A DNA stretch of 32,000 bases. Origin: Pseudodesulfovibrio mercurii (lineage in GTDB: Bacteria > Desulfobacterota > Desulfovibrionia > Desulfovibrionales > Desulfovibrionaceae). The notes under the pieces are model-generated. The model saw only the letters and a program-made list of their open reading frames with translations, was not told the origin of the DNA and searched no databases. Every line of letters starts with the position of its first letter. The first letter of the stretch is position 1. The stretch covers positions 3,360,001 to 3,392,000 of the forward strand of contig NC_016803.1 in NCBI RefSeq assembly GCF_000189295.2. The letters run 5' to 3'. Position numbers and translations under genes: made by a program. Shown piece after piece: positions 23,599-32,000 of the stretch.

Positions 23599-24768
23599 CT
23601 AGGACCGGCTGGAATCGAGCATGAGGCGGCTGATGCGCAGCAGGCAGTCCGTGCCGTCGGAGTCCGGGTCAACGGCCACGGTGTTGATGAACCGGGCGGT
23701 GACGTTTCCGGCGCTGTCCACGTTCTCGATGAAGAAGGCGCCGAGTTCGTAGACCATCAGGGTGTTGCGGCCGCCGCTGGGCGGGTAGCGCGGGTCGTAG
23801 AAGGAGATGATGACCACGCGCGGGCTGTCCATGGGATCGCTGAAGGAGCTGCCTTCAATGGAGTTGGTCGAGGTGTCCCAGGTGGCGTAGGGGTCGAGGC
23901 CGATGAGGACGTTGGCTCCGGCCTTGACCGGCCCGGCCGAGTTTCCGGGTTCGAGGAGCAGTTCGTCCTCGGGGGCCACGGTGGCGTAGCTGTTGGACCC
24001 GGTGCAGCCCTCGATGTTCTCCTTGACCATGGCCGCGCCGGTGATGGGGTCGCCCTTGTTCACCGGGGGCAGGTCCACCAGGTTGTACTGGCCGGGGACG
24101 ATGGCCAGGCTCGGGTCGCCGGGCTTGATGACGATCTGCGTGCCCACGTCGTCCTGGGTGTAGCCGAGGACCACGATGGTGGCCATCTCCTGCGGGCTGT
24201 CCACATCCAGGGTGCCGTTCTGGTAGTACTTGGTGCCGGGGGCGGCGTCGTCGTCCCACTCGTACTTGGTGGGCACCACAAAGGGCTTGGAGCACTTGCT
24301 CGAGCACATGCCGGCCAGTCCGGCCCTGGAGGTCACGACGATGTCCATGGCTGGCTTGCCCACGGCCTTGCCGAAATACAGGGGGAAGGCGTTTTCGCGT
24401 TCGCCGGACAGGGTGACGGTCACCTCCACCTGGTTGGGCTGCTCCTCGTCGGGCACGCCGTCGCGCAGGAAGACGATGTCCGCGTCGGTCAGGGCCTTGG
24501 CGGGCCCGTCGGCGTCGGTCAGGTTCCGGGTGGTGTAGTTGGTCACGATGAGGCGGAGCTTGTCGAGGTCCTTGCCCGCGGCCAGCAGGGAGTTGGCTCC
24601 GGCCAGGGCCCCGGCGTCCGCCGCGGTCTGAAGGGCGCTGCGCTTGAGGTAGGCCCGGCCCAGGTCCACGGCCAGGGCTGTCAGCCCCATGAGGGCCGCC
24701 ATGCACAGGCTGACCATCACGGTGGCGAAGCCGCTTTCGTTGTCCGGTCTGCGGAAGTGCGTACGCAT
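23599..24768 (-). CDS. TadG-like pilus-assembly/pseudopilin family protein (TadE/G N-terminal motif)
   Basis: The ATG at 24768 gives 389 aa. N-terminus GFATVMVSLCMAALMGLTALAVDLGRAYLKRSALQTAADAGALAGA is typical of the Tad_N / TadG family. I recognise no vWA motif. Confidence 0.83.
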   Translation of the reverse strand: MRTHFRRPDNESGFATVMVSLCMAALMGLTALAVDLGRAYLKRSALQTAADAGALAGANSLLAAGKDLDKLRLIVTNYTTRNLTDADGPAKALTDADIVFLRDGVPDEEQPNQVEVTVTLSGERENAFPLYFGKAVGKPAMDIVVTSRAGLAGMCSSKCSKPFVVPTKYEWDDDAAPGTKYYQNGTLDVDSPQEMATIVVLGYTQDDVGTQIVIKPGDPSLAIVPGQYNLVDLPPVNKGDPITGAAMVKENIEGCTGSNSYATVAPEDELLLEPGNSAGPVKAGANVLIGLDPYATWDTSTNSIEGSSFSDPMDSPRVVIISFYDPRYPPSGGRNTLMVYELGAFFIENVDSAGNVTARFINTVAVDPDSDGTDCLLRISRLMLDSSRS

Positions 24769-24773
24769 GGCCG

Positions 24774-25163
24774 TTACTCCATCTTGGCGCGGGCCACCGT
24801 GGTCATGCCGTCGGGCATGAGGTTGCCCCACGGGTACACGGTGTTGTCCGCGAAATTGTAGTTCAGGGAGACCGAGACTTCCTGGCCCAGGACGCGGTCC
24901 TCGGGGCCGAACTCCACGGACACGGTCAGGTTGTCCGTGGACAGCCCTTCGGCCGCCACATAGGAGCGCACGGTCTCGGTGGGGTCGTCGCCGCGCGAGG
25001 CCATGATCACGCCCTCTCGGGCGGCTCGGGTCAGGACCTGGTTCATGTCGATCATCTGGGCGGCGTCCCAGATGCCGGCCAGCAGGGGGGTCAGGAGCAG
25101 GGCCATGAGCAGGGCGAATTCCATGACCGCGCTGCCGCGCCGGGTGTCTTGGTTCTTGCGCAT
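24774..25163 (-). CDS. TadE-like protein
   Basis: 129 aa. N-terminal RGSAVMEFALLMALLLTPLLAGIWD (TadE motif: G..EFA plus a hydrophobic helix). Confidence 0.85.
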   Translation of the reverse strand: MRKNQDTRRGSAVMEFALLMALLLTPLLAGIWDAAQMIDMNQVLTRAAREGVIMASRGDDPTETVRSYVAAEGLSTDNLTVSVEFGPEDRVLGQEVSVSLNYNFADNTVYPWGNLMPDGMTTVARAKME

Positions 25164-25167
25164 GGCG

Positions 25168-25575
25168 TTACCTCTCGTGCGTCATCACGGCTGTGGCCGC
25201 GACCTGGCTGCACCGGTCTCTCAAGGACGGGATCAGGTTGTCGATGACCAGGAACTCGAAGGGCACGGACACGGTCACGTCCACGGGCTGGGACGGTTCG
25301 CGCGCGCCCACTTCCACAGAGGACTCCTGGCTGACGCCGCCCGCGGTCAGTTCTCGCTGGATCACGGTCTTGATCTGGTCGAGGGTCGGCTCGTTGAGCA
25401 CGGCCATGCGCGCGCCTTCGAAGGCGGCGTCGCGGACCACGCCCTGGGTCCAGAAGAGCCGGGCCGCATCCATTATCCCCATCAACAGCAACAGAAAAAC
25501 CGGCAGAAGCATGGCCATCTCCACGGCGGCCAGCCCGTGCCGCGTCTTCCTGCGCGTCTTGTTTAGTCTCATCAT
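25168..25575 (-). CDS. TadE-like protein
   Basis: ATG at 25575 (or 25572) follows GGAGGA (25585..25580). N-terminal HGLAAVEMAMLLPVFLLLLMGIMD. Confidence 0.85.
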   Translation of the reverse strand: MMRLNKTRRKTRHGLAAVEMAMLLPVFLLLLMGIMDAARLFWTQGVVRDAAFEGARMAVLNEPTLDQIKTVIQRELTAGGVSQESSVEVGAREPSQPVDVTVSVPFEFLVIDNLIPSLRDRCSQVAATAVMTHER

Positions 25576-25647
25576 GGCATCCTCCAATTAAGGAATGTGC
25601 ATTACGCATAGCAAGTGACATGCCATGTACGGGTGTAAAATAAAATT

Positions 25648-25664
25648 TATATCATATTGATATA
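25648..25664. promoter_or_regulatory. Perfect 17-bp palindrome in the AT-rich promoter region of the tadE-like operon
   Basis: TATATCATATTGATATA, about 75-90 nt upstream of the start codon. On the minus strand it overlaps a plausible TATAAA -10 box. Confidence 0.35.
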
Positions 25665-25825
25665 CTTGAATTAAAAAATGTGACCAAAAACCAAATCCCA
25701 TCGTAAGCGCTGGCGCGTGTCCAGGAATGATGGAGTCGGGACCGTCCTGTGTCCATTAATTCTGGATTGAGACGAGCCGTTCCCAACCGTCCGAGACATC
25801 GGCCGGAGCAATGGAAAGGCGTGCG

Positions 25826-25856
25826 AAAAAGGGCGGCCCCGTGGTCGGGACCGCCC
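25826..25856 (-). terminator. Intrinsic terminator of the MCP gene
   Basis: gggcggcccc-gtggtc-gggaccgccc with one mismatch. It is preceded on + by aaaaa, which gives the U-tract on the minus strand. It lies 27 nt after the stop at 25883. Confidence 0.65.
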
Positions 25857-25882
25857 TGGCGGGTGCACGGTGGCGTGGGGAA

Positions 25883-27946
25883 TCAGAACCGCTCGAAGGC
25901 GTCGTTCCCGTCGCCCATGTCCATGTCCAGACCCTGGACGGGTTCGGGGACCGCGCTTCGGTCGGCGCCCTTGGGCAGGGCTGCGGGCCGCGATCCGGAT
26001 CTGGTCCCGGCCGGGGCCGGTCCGGCGGGCCGGAACCCGGCTTCCTGGCCGAGGTTGAAGAAGGCCATGGTCGTTTCGAGCCGCATGGCATGGGAGGACA
26101 GCTCCTCGGCCGTGGAGGCGATCTCCTCCGAGGAGCCCGCGTTGGTCTGGACCACGGAGTCGAGCTGCTGGAGGGCGGAGTTGATCTCGGAGGCGCCCGC
26201 GTTCTGCTCGTTGCTGGCCGCCGAGATCTCCTGGATCAGTTCGGCGGTCTCCTCGATGTTCGGGACGATGGAGTCGAGCATCTTCCCCGCGCGGGCGGCC
26301 ACGTCCACGCTGGCGGCGGACAGCTCGCCGATCTCGGCGGCGGCGGTGCCGCTGCGTTCGGCCAGCTTGCGCACCTCGGCCGCGACCACGGCGAACCCCT
26401 TGCCCTGCTCGCCCGCCCGCGCGGCCTCGATGGCCGCGTTGAGGGCCAGCAGGTTGGTCTGCCGGGCGATCTCCTCGATGATGGAGATCTTTTCCGCGAT
26501 CTGGGTCATGGCCTCCACGGTCCGGCGCACGGCCTCGCCGCCCTGGCGGGCCTCTTCGGCGGTGCGCATGGCGATTCCTCCGGTCTTGGAGGCGCCCTCG
26601 GAGTTCTGGCTGATGCTCGAGGACATCTCCTCCATGGAGGCCGACACCTCCTCCACGGCGGCGGCCTGCTGGGTGGCCCCCTGGCTCATGGACTGGGACG
26701 AGCCGGCCAGCTCCTCGGAGATGGCGGCCACGTTGGAGGCCGAGTCCTGGACGTCGAAGACGATGGCCCGGAGCTTGTCGATCATCGCCCCGATGGCCTT
26801 GGCCAGCTGGCCGATCTCATCCCCGCGGTTCACGTCCAGGTGTACGGTGAAGTCGCCACCGGCCAGGGACTCGGCCACCCGAGCGGCCCGCTTCATGACG
26901 GCGGCCAACCGGGTGGAGAAGACCAGGGTCAGGATCACCGAGGCCAGAATGAACAGGGCCGAGATGGCCACGTAGATCCAGATGGTCCGCTGCACCACCG
27001 CTCCGAGTTCGGCCATTTGCGTCTCGACGCGGGTCACTTCCAGCTGGCCGAGGCGGTCGATGGAGGAGCGCATGGCCGCGAAGGCCTTCATGCTCTCGTT
27101 CAGCTGGGTGATCCGCCGGAGGTTCTTGTCGGCGTTGGCCGTGGACAGGTCCACCACCTGGCGGCTGTGGGCGGCCCAGGTGTCGAGCATGGACAGGAAC
27201 GAGGATTCCAGGCGCTGCCCCTCGGGGCCGAGGAGCCTGGCGCCCCTGGTCACGCGGTCGCGGGTCTGCTCCAGGTTCTCGGTGAACGCGTCGGCCTGCG
27301 CCTTGATCTGTGCGGGGTCGAGGCTGCGGATGATCAGGAGCTGGGCCACGTAGGCCTGGTAGGCGTCGCGGTCGGCGTTGAGGATCAGGCCGAGGGCCTC
27401 CTCGGCGCGCAGCCGTTCAGTCTCGGGCAGCAGGGGGCTTTTCAGGCGGTTTTCGGCGGTCTCGCCGAGTTGGTTGACGATCTCGCGCATGGCGTCGAAG
27501 GAGGCCAGGGCCGCCTGTTCCGCCTCGTTTCGGGTCAGGTTGGCGGCCAGGGTCTCGGTGGTCAGGGCGAGGATTGACCTGTTGTTGTTTTCCCAGGCCT
27601 GGAAGTTGCTCTTGAAGTCGGAGAAGTCCTTGTCCATGTCCGGGGTGAAGTTCGCGGCCGGGCCGGTGATCCGTTCCCAGGTCTGCTGCATGTTCTCGGC
27701 GCAGTCCGCCTTGTCCTTGTTCAGGGCCTCCTGGGAGGCGGCCTGTTGGGCCTGCTCGATGGCCGCCTGGGCCTGGTAGGCGTCGCGGTCGGCGTTTATC
27801 AGGGTGGCCTGATCCGTTTGCAGGCCGTTGACCATGGCCATGTGCGAATCGAGGATGCTGAAGCTGGTCAGCCCAACGGCGAATATGATCAGGATGGCGG
27901 ACACCGGCAGGCCGGTGATCAAAAGCAGCTTCCATTTGATGCCCAT
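25883..27946 (-). CDS. Methyl-accepting chemotaxis protein with large helical periplasmic sensor domain
   Basis: ATG at 27946 follows GGGAGA. 687 aa. Two TM helices, a HAMP-like segment and the signalling hairpin [42 protein letters not shown]. Confidence 0.93.
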   Translation of the reverse strand: MGIKWKLLLITGLPVSAILIIFAVGLTSFSILDSHMAMVNGLQTDQATLINADRDAYQAQAAIEQAQQAASQEALNKDKADCAENMQQTWERITGPAANFTPDMDKDFSDFKSNFQAWENNNRSILALTTETLAANLTRNEAEQAALASFDAMREIVNQLGETAENRLKSPLLPETERLRAEEALGLILNADRDAYQAYVAQLLIIRSLDPAQIKAQADAFTENLEQTRDRVTRGARLLGPEGQRLESSFLSMLDTWAAHSRQVVDLSTANADKNLRRITQLNESMKAFAAMRSSIDRLGQLEVTRVETQMAELGAVVQRTIWIYVAISALFILASVILTLVFSTRLAAVMKRAARVAESLAGGDFTVHLDVNRGDEIGQLAKAIGAMIDKLRAIVFDVQDSASNVAAISEELAGSSQSMSQGATQQAAAVEEVSASMEEMSSSISQNSEGASKTGGIAMRTAEEARQGGEAVRRTVEAMTQIAEKISIIEEIARQTNLLALNAAIEAARAGEQGKGFAVVAAEVRKLAERSGTAAAEIGELSAASVDVAARAGKMLDSIVPNIEETAELIQEISAASNEQNAGASEINSALQQLDSVVQTNAGSSEEIASTAEELSSHAMRLETTMAFFNLGQEAGFRPAGPAPAGTRSGSRPAALPKGADRSAVPEPVQGLDMDMGDGNDAFERF

Positions 27947-28168
27947 ATGCGTATCTCCCTGTGTTGGCGGGCCGGTCGGGGCTCGGTTTTGCCCAAATCG
28001 TATAGTCCGTTCGAAGAAATGCGCTATTAGAATATTGATGGCGGCGAATACACGGCGGTTTCGGCGAGGGGCGTGATTATTTCGCCCCTGCGGTGGAAAA
28101 AAAATGAAAAATGCGTAGGATGGTGAACAGGAATCGAACTGCAACCCTTAGCCTGAACAGAGGACGAA

Positions 28169-28474
28169 ATGAAGAAACTGCTGATTGCGTTGACTGTCGT
28201 GTTTTGCTTCGGCGTGACCGCCGCCTTTGCCGTGGACGGCGGTGAACTGTACAAGAAACGGTGTGCGAACTGCCACCGCGACGGTACCGAATCCTCCCCG
28301 TCGGGCGGCGGCGCGGTCCTGAAGGGACAGTCCGCCAAGGAGATCGAGATGAAGCTCACGGGCTACCAGAACGGCACCTACGGCGGGGCCAAGAAGAAGA
28401 CCATGGAACGCATGGTCTCCAAGTTCACCGCCGACGACATCAAGGCCCTGGCCGACTACATCGGTTCCCTCTAG
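28169..28474 (+). CDS. cyf: Monoheme cytochrome c553
   Basis: 101 aa. Signal peptide and a single CANCH. LKGQSAKEIEMKLTGYQNGTYGG....M...V.KFTADDIKALADYIGSL closely parallels the remembered Desulfovibrio vulgaris c553 sequence. Confidence 0.9.
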   Translation: MKKLLIALTVVFCFGVTAAFAVDGGELYKKRCANCHRDGTESSPSGGGAVLKGQSAKEIEMKLTGYQNGTYGGAKKKTMERMVSKFTADDIKALADYIGSL

Positions 28475-28483
28475 GCGGGGCCG

Positions 28484-29386
28484 ATGCGCTTCACGATTCC
28501 GTCGCTGCTGCTCGTCGTCCTGCTGGTCGCCCCGTGCTGGGCGACCGGCGGGACCGACGGCATGCCCCGTGACGCGTCCGCACAGTCGTCGGACCACGCG
28601 GGCCATGCGGACCGGACCATGACCGGGCAGCCCGTGGACGCCCCGCACGACCACGCCAAGATGATGGCCGAGGCCGAGGCCGAAGCCCCGGAAGCGCCTG
28701 TGGGCATCGTGGAGCACCTCGGCGCGCAGCTGCCGGACGTGCCCTTCGTGGACGCCGCAGGCAACCGGGTGAGCCTGCCGGAGCTGGCCGACGTGCCGCT
28801 CCTCCTCCTGCCCGTCTACTACCGCTGCCCGGACGTGTGCAGCCTGCTCCAGGGCTCGCTGGCCTCCATCCTGCCGGAGGTCAAGCTGACGCCCGGCAAG
28901 GAACTCAAGGTGGTCTCCCTGAGCTTCGACCCGCACGAGACGGTCAAGGACGCGGCCCGGGCCAAGCGCAACTACACGGCCATCGCGGGCGCGGCCTGGC
29001 CGGCCGAGGACTGGAGCTTCCTGACCGGGGACGAGGCCTCCATCAAGGCCACCCTGGCGGCCCTGGGCTTCACCGTGCGCAGGCAGGGCGGGCTGTGGGC
29101 CCACCCAGTGGCGGCCATCGCCGTGGCGCCCGGCGGCAAGGTGGTCCGCTACCTGTACGGTTCCACCTTCCTGCCCTTCGACATCACCATGGCCGGGGCC
29201 GAGGCGGCCCAGGGCAAGACCGGCCTGTCCGTGAAGCGGCTGCTCTCGTTCTGCTACAACTACGATCCCCAGGGGCGGCGCTACGTCTTCGACATCCTGC
29301 GCGTGTCCGGGTTCACCATCGTCGGGTTCGTGGCCGTCTTCCTGGCCTGGCTGCTGCTCGGCGGCAGGAAAAGGAAGAGGCGCTAG
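28484..29386 (+). CDS. SCO1/SenC family copper chaperone (thioredoxin fold) with C-terminal TM anchor
   Basis: 300 aa. Signal/anchor, CPDVC (CxxxC) motif, a downstream conserved His (LWAHPVA) and a His/Met-rich N-terminal segment. Confidence 0.85.
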   Translation: MRFTIPSLLLVVLLVAPCWATGGTDGMPRDASAQSSDHAGHADRTMTGQPVDAPHDHAKMMAEAEAEAPEAPVGIVEHLGAQLPDVPFVDAAGNRVSLPELADVPLLLLPVYYRCPDVCSLLQGSLASILPEVKLTPGKELKVVSLSFDPHETVKDAARAKRNYTAIAGAAWPAEDWSFLTGDEASIKATLAALGFTVRRQGGLWAHPVAAIAVAPGGKVVRYLYGSTFLPFDITMAGAEAAQGKTGLSVKRLLSFCYNYDPQGRRYVFDILRVSGFTIVGFVAVFLAWLLLGGRKRKRR

Positions 29387-31009
29387 ATGACGACGGACGC
29401 GGTGAACGCGGGGTTCATGGCACCGGGGGGCGGGTCCTGGGTCCGCGAGTGGCTGTTCACCGTTGACCACAAACGCATCGGCATGCTCTACCTGTGGTGC
29501 ATCACGGCCTTCTTCGTGGTCGGCGTGTGCCTCGGCATGCTCATCCGGCTGGAGCTCTTCTGGCCGGGCAAGGACTTCATCGACCAGCAGACCTACAACG
29601 CGGTCTTCACCCTGCACGGGGTGATCATGATCTTCATCGTGGTCATCCCCTCCATCCCGGCGGCCTTCGGGAACATCTTCCTGCCCCTGCAGCTGGGGGC
29701 CGAGGACGTGGCCTTCCCCCGGCTGAACATGTTCTCCTTCTGGCTCTACGTCATCGGCGGGGCCACGGCGCTCGTCTCGCTGTTCACCGGCGGGGGCGCG
29801 CCCGACACGGGCTGGACCTTCTACGTGCCGTTCTCGGCGGTGACCACCACCAACGTGTCCGTGGCCGTGGCCGGGGTGTTCATCCTCGGCTTCTCGTCCA
29901 TCCTCACGGGGCTGAATTTCATCGTCACCATCCACCGGCTGCGCGCGCCGGGGCTGACCTGGACCCGGCTGACCCTGTTCGCCTGGGCCCTGTACGCCAC
30001 GGCCTGGATTCAGGTCCTGGCCACGCCCATCCTGTCCATCACCGTGGTCCTGATCGTGGTCGAGCGGCTGCTCGGCATGGGCATCTTCGACCCGGCGCGG
30101 GGCGGGGACCCGATCCTCTACCAGCACCTCTTCTGGATCTACTCCCACCCGGCGGTGTACATTATGATCCTGCCCGCCATGGGGGTCGTCTCGGACATCA
30201 TCCCGGTCTTCTGCCGCAAGTCCATCTTCGGCTACAAGACCATCGTGGGCTCGTCCCTGGCCATCGCCTTCGCGGGCTCCCTGGTCTGGGCGCACCACAT
30301 GTTCGTGTCCGGCATGTCCGACACGGCGGTCATGGTCTTCTCCTTCCTGACCTTCATCGTGGCCGTGCCCTCGGCCATCAAGGTCTTCAACTGGCTGTCC
30401 ACCATGTACAAGGGGTCCATCCGGCTGGAGCCGCCGCTGGTCTTCGCGCTCGGCTTCATCCTGCTCTTCGCCATGGGCGGCATCACCGGCCTGGTGCTCG
30501 GCTCCGCGGGCACGGACATGCACGTCCACGACACCTACTTCGTGGTCGGCCATTTCCACTATGTCATCTTCGGCGGCACGGGCTTCGGCATGTTCGCCGC
30601 CATCCACTACTGGTTCCCCAAGATGTACGGCAGGATGTACAACCGCAGGCTGGCGACCACGGCGGCCCTGATCCTGATCGTCGGCCTGAACGGGCTGTAC
30701 TTCCCCATGTACCTGCTCGGCCTGGAGGGCATGCCCCGGCGCTATTACGACTACCTGCCGCAGTTCACCTCCCTGCACCAGCTGTCCACCTACGGCTCGT
30801 GGATCACCTTCGTGGGGCTCGCGCTCATGCTCGGGAACCTGATCCATTCGCGCTACCGGGGCGAGCCCGTGGGCCGCAACCCGTGGAAGGCGGCCACCCT
30901 GGAGTGGACCCTGCCGTCCCCGCCGCCCACGCACAACTTCGACACCGAGCCGGTGGTCACCCACGGGCCCTACGACTTCAGCGAAGCGAGGGACGATGAC
31001 GGCGCATAG
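29387..31009 (+). CDS. ctaD: Heme-copper oxidase subunit I, A2-type
   Basis: 540 aa. DHKRIGMLY, FTLHGVIMIF, WTFYVP, YSHPAVY (30140..30157), WAHHMF, VVGHFHYV. Confidence 0.95.
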   Translation: MTTDAVNAGFMAPGGGSWVREWLFTVDHKRIGMLYLWCITAFFVVGVCLGMLIRLELFWPGKDFIDQQTYNAVFTLHGVIMIFIVVIPSIPAAFGNIFLPLQLGAEDVAFPRLNMFSFWLYVIGGATALVSLFTGGGAPDTGWTFYVPFSAVTTTNVSVAVAGVFILGFSSILTGLNFIVTIHRLRAPGLTWTRLTLFAWALYATAWIQVLATPILSITVVLIVVERLLGMGIFDPARGGDPILYQHLFWIYSHPAVYIMILPAMGVVSDIIPVFCRKSIFGYKTIVGSSLAIAFAGSLVWAHHMFVSGMSDTAVMVFSFLTFIVAVPSAIKVFNWLSTMYKGSIRLEPPLVFALGFILLFAMGGITGLVLGSAGTDMHVHDTYFVVGHFHYVIFGGTGFGMFAAIHYWFPKMYGRMYNRRLATTAALILIVGLNGLYFPMYLLGLEGMPRRYYDYLPQFTSLHQLSTYGSWITFVGLALMLGNLIHSRYRGEPVGRNPWKAATLEWTLPSPPPTHNFDTEPVVTHGPYDFSEARDDDGA

Positions 31010-31592
31010 GGACGACCTCGGGGCCAAGATGGGCATGTGGATCTTCCTGTTCACGGAGATCCTGCTCTTCGGCGGCCTGTTCGTGCTCTATTCGGTGACG
31101 CTCGGCCGCTACCCCACGGAGTTCCACGAGGCGAGCAGGCTGCTGGACGTGACCCTGGGGACCACCAACACCGTGGTCCTGATCACCTCGAGCCTGTTCG
31201 CGGCCCTGTCCGTGGTCGGCCTGCGGAAGGGCAGCCCCCGGACGGCCAAGGCGTGCATGGCGGTCACCCTGGCCCTGGCCTGCTGCTTCCTGGTCATCAA
31301 GTATTTCGAGTGGTCCCACAAGATTCACGCGGGCATCTACCCCGGCGGGGAGACGCTCATCCAGTGGGAGCCGGGCAAGCAGGCCTTCTTCTCCCTCTAC
31401 TATACCATGACCGGCCTGCACGGCCTGCACGTGATCATCGGCATGGGCGTGTTCCTGTGGGTCTGGACCCGCATGGCGGCGGGCGCCTGCACCCCGGATC
31501 ACTTCGTGGCCCTGGAGAACGCCGGGCTGTACTGGCACCTGGTGGACCTCATCTGGATCTACCTCTTTCCGCTCTATTACCTTATCACCTAG
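30996..31592 (+). CDS. ctaE: Cytochrome c oxidase subunit III
   Basis: 198 aa. Overlaps subunit I by 14 nt. FLFTEILLFGGLF, MTGLHGLHVIIG, LYWHLVDLIWIYLFPLYY. Confidence 0.9.
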   Translation: MTAHRDDLGAKMGMWIFLFTEILLFGGLFVLYSVTLGRYPTEFHEASRLLDVTLGTTNTVVLITSSLFAALSVVGLRKGSPRTAKACMAVTLALACCFLVIKYFEWSHKIHAGIYPGGETLIQWEPGKQAFFSLYYTMTGLHGLHVIIGMGVFLWVWTRMAAGACTPDHFVALENAGLYWHLVDLIWIYLFPLYYLIT

Positions 31593-31603
31593 GCGGAGGC
31601 GGC

Positions 31604-31897
31604 ATGAACGAACACGAGCAGACGAAACGCCACGGGCCGGGCTACGGCCTGTTCATCGCGGTCTGGGCCGCGCTCATGGTCCTGACGGCCGTCACCGTGG
31701 AGGTCTCGACCATCCACCTGGGCTTCCTGAACGTGGTCGCGGCCATGGCCATCGCCTCGGTCAAGGCGTCCCTGGTGGTCTTTTTCTTCATGCACCTCAA
31801 GTATGAGAACCGGACCCTCAAGATCATGGTTCTGGTGGCCTTCGTCATCCTGGCCATCTTCATCGGATTCACCTTTTTCGACACGGCGAACAGGTAG
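31604..31897 (+). CDS. Cytochrome c oxidase subunit IV (small CyoD/CtaF-like membrane protein)
   Basis: ATG at 31604 follows GGAGG. 97 aa with three TM helices. SVKASLVVFFFMHLKYE is typical of the family. Confidence 0.8.
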   Translation: MNEHEQTKRHGPGYGLFIAVWAALMVLTAVTVEVSTIHLGFLNVVAAMAIASVKASLVVFFFMHLKYENRTLKIMVLVAFVILAIFIGFTFFDTANR

Positions 31898-31900
31898 GCC

Positions 31901-32000
31901 ATGTATCCGCAGATATTCAGCGCGGCCAGACAGGTGGACCAGGCCTTCCTGATCATTCTCGGGTTCGCCGTGTTCATCCTGGTGGCCGTGACCGCGACCA
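31901..32000 (+). CDS. Start of a membrane protein, probably cytochrome c oxidase subunit II (partial)
   Basis: The ATG at 31901, 3 nt after the previous stop, translates MYPQIFSAARQVDQAFLIILGFAVFILVAVTAT (TM helix). The product is inferred only from position in the cox cluster. Confidence 0.45.
   Translation, partial: MYPQIFSAARQVDQAFLIILGFAVFILVAVTAT

Noticed and set aside
28121-28146. tRNA 3'-end-like fragment on the minus strand (reverse complement gggttgcagttcgattcctgttcacca, with a TTCGATT T-loop-like core and a terminal CCA)
   Set aside because: The would-be T-stem does not pair (tgcag versus cctgt). There is no anticodon or D-arm upstream, because the c553 RBS and start codon follow immediately. 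It is at best a decayed att-like remnant and could be chance. No integrase or direct repeat partner was seen.

Overview
GC-rich, densely coding chromosomal segment. Its gene content points to a Desulfovibrionaceae-like sulfate reducer (inference): a Tmc-type transmembrane redox complex with a tetraheme cytochrome c3, cytochrome c553 next to an A2-type heme-copper oxidase cluster, and a strong GC3 bias that throws long antisense shadow ORFs. I can support 30 protein-coding genes. In order they are: P-loop/methyltransferase fusion, 3'-5' exonuclease, two hypotheticals, lgt, glutaminyl cyclase-like, TetR, ispH, moaE-like, moaA and a 1235-aa DUF748/AsmA-like protein. Then come a histidine kinase, three stand-alone receivers, a PpsA-like enzyme, tmcDCBA, tadG/tadE/tadE-like, an MCP, c553, SCO1 and cox subunits I, III, IV plus the start of a probable subunit II. 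I saw no rRNA, tRNA, CRISPR array, transposase, integrase or phage genes. Five things are not explained by ordinary annotation. (1) A five-gene signalling module, 13086-18747, has no DNA-binding output; its only candidate effector is a PpsA-like phosphohistidine enzyme with a non-canonical C-terminal domain. (2) Two families of structured intergenic repeats show compensatory stem changes between copies: family A at 6758-6883, 6975-7075 and 18746-18871, and family B at 8985-9088 and 19011-19126. (3) An orphan tadE-tadE-tadG trio is bracketed by AT-rich islands. (4) A P-loop NTPase/SAM-methyltransferase fusion sits next to a DEDDy exonuclease. (5) There are several candidate cis-regulatory RNAs and sites. 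All product calls come from motif recognition by eye; no database search, folding or statistics could be run.
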